DNA of 5,456 bases from Amoebophrya sp. A120 (taxonomy: Eukaryota > Protista > Dinoflagellata). The notes beneath the pieces were generated by a model. That model saw only the letters and a list, made by a program, of their open reading frames with translations, did not search any database and was not told the DNA's origin. Positions 1 through 5,456 of the stretch are shown here, in pieces. The number at the start of each line of letters is the position of its first letter. Positions within the stretch are counted from its first letter, which is position 1. The DNA lies in NCBI GenBank assembly GCA_905178155.1, contig CAJINV010000037.1, positions 1-5,456 on the forward strand, given 5' to 3'. A program made the translations under genes and the position numbers.

Positions 1-1265
1 TTGCAACTGATCCGGTAATTTACTTTTGGCCGAAAAGAACTGATCCGCAGTCCAATTTTTCGGCCAAAAGTAAATTCGGATCAGTTGCAAACAGGGTGGG
101 AATCTGCAAAATTCCGTTTTTGCAGGGAAAAAAACCCGAAATCCCAAAGCGGACTGAGCCGGAGCGAAAACCTAATTTACTATTGGAAGATGCCCACCCT
201 GTTTCGCAACTGATCCGGTAATTTACTTTTGGCCGAAAAGAGCTGATCCGCAGTCCAGTTTTTCCGCCAAAAGTAAATTCGGATCAGTTGCAAACAGGAT
301 GGAAGTCTGCAAAGTTTCGTTTTTGCAGGGAAAAAAAGCCGAAATCCCAAAGCGGACTGAGCCGGAGCGAAAACCTAATTTACTATTGGCAGATTCCCAC
401 CCTGTTTTGCAACTGATCCGGTAATTTACTATTGGCCAAAAAGAAATGATCCGCAGTCTCCTTTTTCGACCAAAAGTAAACTCGGATCAGTTGCAAACAG
501 AGTGGGAATCTGCAAAATTCCGTTTTTGTAGGGAAAAAAATGCGAAAACCTAAAGCGGACTGAGCTGGGAAGAAAACCTAATTTACTTTTGGCGGGTAAC
601 CAGCCTGTTTTGCAACTGGTCCGGTAATTTACTATTGGCCAAAAAGAACTGATCCGCAGTCCCCTTTTTCGACCAAAAGTAAACTCGGATCAGTTGCAAA
701 CAGGGTGAGAATCTGCAACAATCCGTTTTTGCAGGGAAAAAAATGCGAAAACCTAGAGCGGACTGAGCTGAAGAGAAAATCTAATTTACTTTTGGCGGAT
801 AATCAGCCTGTTTTGAAACTGATCCGGTAATTTACTTTTGGCCGAAAAGAACTGATCCGCAGTCCCCTTTTTCGACCAAAAGTAAACTCGGATCAGTTGC
901 AAACAGAGTGAGAATCTGCAAAATTCCGTTTTTGCAGGGAAAAAAATGCGAAAACCTAGAGCGGACTGAGCTGAAGAGAAAATCTAATTTACTTTCGGCA
1001 GATACCCACCCTGTTTTGCACTTGATCCGGTAATTTACTCTTGGCCAAAAAGATCTGATCCGCAGTCCCCTTTTTCGACCAAAAGTAAACTGGGATCAGT
1101 TGCAAACAGGGTGAGAATCTACAACATTCCGTTTTTGCAGGGAAAAAAATACGAAAACCTGAAGCGGACTGAGCTGGAGAGAAGACCTAATTTACTTTTG
1201 GCGGATACCCAGCCTGTTTTGCGACTGATCTGGTAATTTACTATTGGCCGAAAAGAACTGATCCG
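1..1265. repeat. Tandem satellite, 203-bp unit, about 6.2 copies, each with a roughly 125-bp imperfect palindrome. Continues beyond the left edge
   Basis: GCAACTGATCCGGTAATTTAC or a close variant starts at 3, 206, 409, 612, 815, 1018 and 1221. In unit 1, 1-14 pairs with 77-90 and 17-36 pairs with 57-76 perfectly. Confidence 0.97.
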
Positions 1266-1304
1266 GTATCTACTTTCTGGCACAGCACACTGATCCCTGA
1301 TCCA

Positions 1305-1739
1305 CTACAAACAAACGAAGAATGTTGATTTGATGTCTCCACCCCCCCCCGACAAAAAACTTCCAACATTCCATATCGGCGGGAAGCATTTCAGACAGCA
1401 ATCGTTCCTCCTCGGCGAGTGACACAGCTCGTCACAGTAGCACGGTCGCAATTGGTCGATCTGGCAGCCGTAGGGCCCATGGAAGTCGATGTAGTGCGTT
1501 TTTTGCGACGTTTCTCCCTGTCCAGGCCCGGCGGGCGTTGTACCAGCAGTTGCATTTGTGCTGGTCAGCACAACAGAAGTCGTGTCTACCGGCTGCGCGA
1601 GTTGGCAAACCGGATATTGCACTTTGTCCAAAAGTGTCATGTTCAGCTCCCCCGCCGGGTCCATAGCCATTACCTGTTGCCGGATCTGGTGCAAAGCATG
1701 TCTGCGGAAGGTATCTTCGTTGAACAGGAGTGTGAGGTT
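1305..1739 (-). CDS. Exon F (NLTLLFNEDT...CYCDELCHSPRRNDCCLKCFPP...). The true end is either the TAG at 1305-1307 or a further intron junction at 1376/1375
   Basis: ORF 1305-1754, in frame after removal of 1740-2002. Contains the CxCDELC-x6-DCC motif. Confidence 0.8.
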   Translation of the reverse strand, partial: NLTLLFNEDTFRRHALHQIRQQVMAMDPAGELNMTLLDKVQYPVCQLAQPVDTTSVVLTSTNATAGTTPAGPGQGETSQKTHYIDFHGPYGCQIDQLRPCYCDELCHSPRRNDCCLKCFPPIWNVGSFLSGGGGDIKSTFFVCL

Positions 1740-4700
1740 TGTGTTATGCAACACAAATTATGTACTCTGGGTCTGGAAACTTGTGATGCATGTCAGTGAA
1801 TATTAAAGCTTGCTGTAATGCAACGCCAAGCATGACAGATTCTGTCGCCGCTCTGTGTTGTGTAGTCCGCATGAGAAGCTGCGTTTTTGCATGACAGACC
1901 AGGAGAGCTCTTCGTTGCCACGCAATACAGAGCTCAGGGTCATGTCAGAATAGCATGACAAATCTCGCATTCTTCCAGACCCAGACATGTCTGCAGTGGA
2001 TATGTGTTCAATAATTGCAACAGAAACTCCGCGTCGGACTGGCGAGCTTGTGGTGGCGTTCTCAACTGTTACATTCTCAAGTGTTACATGATTTGTCATG
2101 CAAAACTACCATAAGCCGCCAGACGACCAAGCTAACTTCGGATGAAAAATTCTGGAAGGGCTAAACAGAATCAAAATCTCATCGAAATTTGTGATGCGAG
2201 AGTTGCAAGCTTGACGATTTTACTGTTGCTGTTCTTGTATCACAAATTCATGTAACAGTTGAGAATGTAACGTTTGAGAATGCCATACTTGTGGTGGCGG
2301 GGTTGTAGCGCTGGGACCAGCATTTGTATCTGCGGTCGCGTTCGTGTCGTTTGTGTCGGAAGCGGTGTTCGTTCCATTTGTATCGTTGTTCATCGTGCCC
2401 GACGTGTTTGCTCCCACGGCACCAGGCGAAGAACCACTTACCGCACTTGCCGTCGTGCTCGTGCCCGGTGCAGTATTCATACCGGCGTCTTGTGAAGAAG
2501 GATCGTATTTGATCCTATCCAACACGGATAAATCCAAGTACTGCAAAGAAGCATCCGCGTCGACCTCAGTACTGCGCAGCCAATCCAGCACGATTTCCGA
2601 AATCGTTCTATTCGTGTTGTTCTCTTGGCCTAGCAAGTAGTCCTTGTTTGTGATAATTGCAGCAGCAGCTGTGTCGTTGACGTCATCCTCGGCGCCGCCC
2701 ATACCAGCACTCATCATGCTGCCATTCGAAGCATTTGACGTTCCACTCGTACCGCTACCACTGGCCGTGCTTGTGGTCCCGCTTTCATATCCAGGAAAAA
2801 AAGTGTGTAAGTGTAACTTTCTTTGAGGAACAGCATCACAAATTTGCTCTACATGACAGAGAAAACCTGTCATGCGTGGCTTGTAAGGCAAAACACACCT
2901 TAAAAGAGAGCTTCGTGGCTGTCTGGCATGACAGGTGTAACTCTGTTGCATGTTCTGCAACACAAATTTACAACACTTACACAGTTTTTTTCTTGCATAT
3001 TTGATACACAGCAGTCAACGCGTTCCTCACAATCATCAAATCCCGCTCAAACAGTTCATGCGCCGCTTGGAAGTAACTAGTTCTCAAATTCTCCCTGACC
3101 GTTTCAATCTCCCGGGCGTCGCACTCGGGGTAGTATCAAATGCAAATATGTCTGGGTCTGGAAAGATGCAAGGTTTGTCATGCTCTGCTAGCATGATTCT
3201 CAGGTTTGTCATGCAGATCACCCAAATGCGCCACTTTGCTGTCATGCAGAAGCCCAGTTTGTCATGCAGAATAGACAACACCGTCGCATCTCCAAAACCT
3301 GTCATGCTTGGCAGCCAATTGAGGCGTGCTCCTCTTTGTCCAACCACCATCACAAGTTTGGAGACCCAGACATATTTGCAATGCATAGGTAGGAGTGTTG
3401 AACCAAATCGACGGTGACCGGCTGGATCATTCTTTCAAACGTCCGGGTTGCATCCCAGACGGAAACTTGCTGGGAGTAGTTGAAAAGCTGGTGCTGGGAG
3501 AGGATGCGACGAAAAACTCCTGACGTAGCTCCTGCTTCTGACGCCAGACTAGCTGTCTGTTGCAGCTGTGCTGTCCCTGCAGCAGGTACTAAAACTCCGT
3601 TTGAATCGAAAGTAGTCTGCTCCACAAGAGCTGCGGGCTCTGTCTTCTCCACCTGGTAGAGGATCTGCTTACTAGAAATCTGTGCTGCGTACTTCGAATT
3701 CCTCGCCAGCCGTCCCGAAAACAGCTTCCTTCGCGACGCTCCGCTTGGTATGTACTCCCGGATAATATTTTCATCCACCCTACTCGTGACGGAGAAATCG
3801 GTTAGTCTCCCACTGTTATCGTCCAACGGGATGTCGACGAAGTCCGCGGTTGTCAAGTTCAACCCCGTGTAGGCGAGAGACTTGTAATCCAGGTTCTTGA
3901 AAGTCGTTTGTAGTAAAGTGTCGACCACGTTTTCAATAGCAGAGAAAACCAGTTGGTCGGCTGGGATGTGCGTTTCTTGAGCGTGGTCTGCGTCTGTGGT
4001 CGTGTTTGTCATGTTACTTCCGTTACCAACATTCTCTACCCCCGTCGCCCGAATTTTCCCGCTGCTTTCCCAACAGACTTCAAAATTCCTCAGCAGCTCC
4101 AGTTCCCGGGGTTTCAAAGTCTGTATCGTGTCTGTCGATAACACATGGTCCCTGATATCCCCCTTCCGCAAGTCGTAGAGCTCCAACAATTCTGGATGCG
4201 CGAAGAAGGTTTCGAACACGTCTGCGCACCTGGGGAAGTCCCTCGCGACGTCTTCCTTCCAGCACAGATTACACTTCGGCGCTGACTGGATTCTGTACTG
4301 CTCGTTGCCCATGTACTCGTGGCAAACGTGGTGTTCCGCGGAATACTTGCTCACCATCGCGCAACTTGTCATGTTAAACTGCCGCTCCAGATCCGCGATG
4401 CAGTAGTTGCTGTCGTTCGTCGCTGAAGTACAGAAATTCCTCGCCTTCACCTTGTTGACGAAGAACGATCCCCGATTCGCCAGTTTCTTCAACTCATATC
4501 AAGTGCAAAAGTGTCTGGGTCTGGGAGAGTGTAAACTTGTCACGCAGATTTTTCATGACGCGTGAGGTCTGGAATGCGGGACTTAGCATGACAGACTCTG
4601 CGAGGTCCCTGCCATGCCTATCCTGCATGAGAAAGTCCCTCCCAACTTGGTCGAAAGTAGACAGCTTTTGGCACTCATGCAACACAGATTTTTGTATGCT

Positions 4701-5136
4701 TCAGATTTACCATGACAAGTTACTGCCTTCCAGACCCAGACACATTTGCAATTCATAACTCATCATAAGTCCCGAAAGGGTCCAGCGGCTGGTAGTGCGG
4801 CAAGGTCCAGCACGCATTCTCGGGGCCAGTGATGTTTGAGGCGTTAGTGGAATTTGTCATGTTTTGTTCGGAGGAGTTTGTCATGCTAAGATTAACACTG
4901 CTTGCTGACGCGGCAACAACACTGCTATCGCCGTCACCTCCTCCTGCAATCAACAGCGCATAATTCTTCGCTTCCTCGTTCGCGACTCTGTGCAAGTCCG
5001 ACTCACAGTGGTCGAAGTGGTTGAAGAAGACATCTGGCGTGGTCAAATGACGGTGCTGCTCCGTCCATTCGCAATTCTCCAGGGTAAAAGTCGGCCAATA
5101 CTTGTGGCAGCAGTCGAACTGACGCTCTGCGGAGCA
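1305..5136 (-). CDS. Multi-exon gene fragment (5' end outside the window): Cys-rich, Ser/Thr-rich, N-sequon-rich putative secreted/surface glycoprotein with somatomedin-B-like motifs. Exons 5136-4758, 4491-3388, 3128-3000, 2782-2288, 2046-2003, 1739-1305 (or 1739-1376)
   Basis: Removing each TIR element plus one 5-bp direct repeat joins the exons in frame: GTYDE|LKKLA, VQHSY|PECDA, TAVYQ|SGTTS, TPPPQ|ARQSD, QLLNT|NLTLL. Exon lengths sum to 2586 nt = 862 codons including the TAG. About 25 N-x-S/T sequons. The product call is inferred from composition only. Confidence 0.85.
1745..2002. mobile_element. Introner/MITE-like non-canonical intron E5 (258 bp, TIR family A, inverted relative to E2)
   Basis: Ends TATGCAAC...TCTGGGTCTGGAA and (reverse complement) TATCCACT...TCTGGGTCTGGAA. 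Direct repeat TGTGT at 1740-1744 and 2003-2007. Its reverse complement is colinear with E2. Removing 263 nt restores the frame. Confidence 0.88.
2003..2046 (-). CDS. Exon E, 44-nt mini-exon (ARQSDAEFLLQLLNT)
   Basis: Lies between two adjacent elements and is open in the frame linking exons D and F. Confidence 0.75.
2052..2287. mobile_element. Introner/MITE-like non-canonical intron E4 (236 bp, TIR family C)
   Basis: About 50-bp TIRs, GGTGGCGTTCTCAACTGTTACATTCTCAAGTGTTACATGA / TATGGCATTCTCAAACGTTACATTCTCAACTGTTACATGA, each containing a 15-bp tandem doublet. Direct repeat CTTGT at 2047-2051 and 2288-2292. Removing 241 nt restores the frame. Confidence 0.88.
2288..2782 (-). CDS. Exon D (SGTTSTASG...SATTPPPQ), Ser/Thr/Asn-rich low-complexity region
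   Basis: Central part of ORF 2220-2963. The ends of that ORF are read-through into the flanking elements. Confidence 0.85.
2788..2999. mobile_element. Introner/MITE-like non-canonical intron E3 (212 bp, TIR family B)
   Basis: TIRs TATCCAGGAAAAAAAGTGTGTAAGTGT / TATGCAAGAAAAAAACTGTGTAAGTGT (24/27). Imperfect direct repeat TTTCA (2783-2787) / TTTGA (3000-3004). Removing 217 nt restores the frame. Confidence 0.85.
3000..3128 (-). CDS. Exon C (PECDAREIETVRENLRTSYFQAAHELFERDLMIVRNALTAVYQ), absent from the ORF track
   Basis: 129 nt between two elements. It is open in exactly the frame needed to link exons B and D. Confidence 0.8.
3134..3387. mobile_element. Introner/MITE-like non-canonical intron E2 (254 bp, TIR family A)
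   Basis: TIRs TATCAAATGCAAATATGTCTGGGTCT / TATGCATTGCAAATATGTCTGGGTCT (23/26). Direct repeat GGTAG at 3129-3133 and 3388-3392. Removing 259 nt restores the frame. Confidence 0.9.
3388..4491 (-). CDS. Exon B (LKKLANRG...DLVQHSY)
   Basis: 1.1-kb open frame (ORF 3350-4492) whose ends coincide with two TIR elements. Confidence 0.9.
4497..4757. mobile_element. Introner/MITE-like non-canonical intron E1 (261 bp, TIR family A)
   Basis: Left end TATCAAGTGCAAAAGTGTCTGGGTCTGG vs reverse complement of right end TATGAATTGCAAATGTGTCTGGGTCTGG (25/28, weaker pairing to about 47 bp). Direct repeat ACTCA at 4492-4496 and 4758-4762. Removing 266 nt restores the frame. Confidence 0.9.
4758..5136 (-). CDS. Exon A (CSAERQFDCCHKYWP...DPFGTYDE)
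   Basis: 3' part of ORF 4753-5406. Bounded by the TIR starting at 5137 and the element ending at 4757. Confidence 0.85.
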
Positions 5137-5456
5137 TATGGGGTTCTCAAACGTTACATTCTCAACTGTTACATGATTAATATTTATATTGCTTGACTTC
5201 CGGGTTCTGTGATCACATACCCCAGACGACAGGTGACGGCGACAGGTGACGCCGAGAGGTGACGGCGACAGGCGAAAGGAGAGGCCAAACGACAGGCGAA
5301 AGGAGAGGCGAAACGACAGGCGAAACGACAGGCGAAAGGAGAGGCGAAACGACAGGCGAAAGGAGAGGCGAAACGACAGGCGGCGACGACAGGCCAAAAG
5401 CGGCAATTTCTAATGCGGTTCAGCACCAGCAGCAGCAACAACAAAAAAGCAAAAAG
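5137..5456. mobile_element. Introner E0 (TIR family C), truncated by the window end, at least 320 bp
   Basis: 5137-5176 TATGGGGTTCTCAAACGTTACATTCTCAACTGTTACATGA matches the reverse complement of the E4 right end at 38/40. The partner TIR is not in the window. Predicted direct repeat is GAGCA (5132-5136). Confidence 0.75.
5228..5400. repeat. Purine-rich minisatellite, about 14 units of 12-13 bp (GASAGGCGAAAS / GASAGGTGACGSC)
   Basis: Three 13-mers (5228-5266), nine 12-mers (5267-5374) and two degenerate 13-mers. It produces the spurious RLSF/RFASPFAC repeat ORFs. Confidence 0.95.

Noticed and set aside
1-1265. CRISPR array
   Set aside because: The whole 203-bp unit repeats, there are no unique spacers, and no cas-like ORF is present.
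1320-1371. Tiny TIR element from the GAATGTTG/CAACATTC inverted pair
   Set aside because: Only 8 bp, with no TAT at the left end and no matching direct repeat.
3130-3388. Canonical GT...AG intron on the plus strand at E2
   Set aside because: It arises from the GGTAG direct repeat and an adjacent A. The coding strand is minus and the other four elements lack it.
1803-3417. Apparently homologous small proteins in ORFs 1803-2099(-) and 2950-3417(+) (MSGSG.M..LSC...VMQK.S.SC)
   Set aside because: The similarity comes from the E5/E2 DNA homology and the TGTCATGC motif. Both ORFs cross element boundaries and show no transposase features.
3494-3508. PEXEL-like RILSQ export motif in exon B
   Set aside because: It lies deep inside the protein, not near a signal peptide, and a 3-residue pattern is expected by chance.
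1745-4757. Paramecium/Euplotes-type TA-IES excision leaving one TA
   Set aside because: Leaving both 5-bp repeats plus TA differs from the frame-restoring deletion by 7 nt and shifts the frame. Pointer-type DNA elimination is not excluded.
4491-4759. GT-AG splicing of E1 (GA|GTTATG...ATGAG|TTG), and similarly of E4
   Set aside because: It removes one base too many and shifts the frame. The nearest upstream in-frame AG in E1 introduces a TGA stop.
1419-5196. Plus-strand ORFs and short nested minus-strand ORFs
   Set aside because: They are shadows of the main exons or lie within elements, with no recognisable motifs.
5137-5444. N-terminal RLSF-repeat part of ORF 4753-5406 and ORF 5184-5444
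   Set aside because: These are translations of the minisatellite and TIR inside E0, not credible coding sequence.

Overview
Eukaryotic-looking genomic DNA (about 50% GC) holding an internal part of one large minus-strand gene for a Cys-, Ser/Thr- and N-glycosylation-sequon-rich, probably secreted or surface protein with two somatomedin-B-like motifs. The gene is interrupted by five complete 212-261 bp MITE-like elements (1745-2002, 2052-2287, 2788-2999, 3134-3387, 4497-4757). Each has terminal inverted repeats starting TAT(G/C) (one end of 2052-2287 is degenerate) and a flanking 5-bp direct repeat. Removing each element plus one direct-repeat copy joins all exons into one reading frame (861 aa from 5136 to the stop at 1305-1307), yet none of these junctions is GT-AG on the coding strand. 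They look like non-canonical, transposon-derived 'introner' introns of at least three TIR families, present in both orientations and sharing an internal TGTCATGC-type motif. This resembles the introners described in the parasitic dinoflagellate Amoebophrya (organism inferred, not shown). A sixth element starts at 5137, holds a 12/13-bp minisatellite and runs off the window. Positions 1-1265 are about 6.2 copies of a 203-bp palindromic satellite, which may lie inside a seventh, giant intron starting at 1375.
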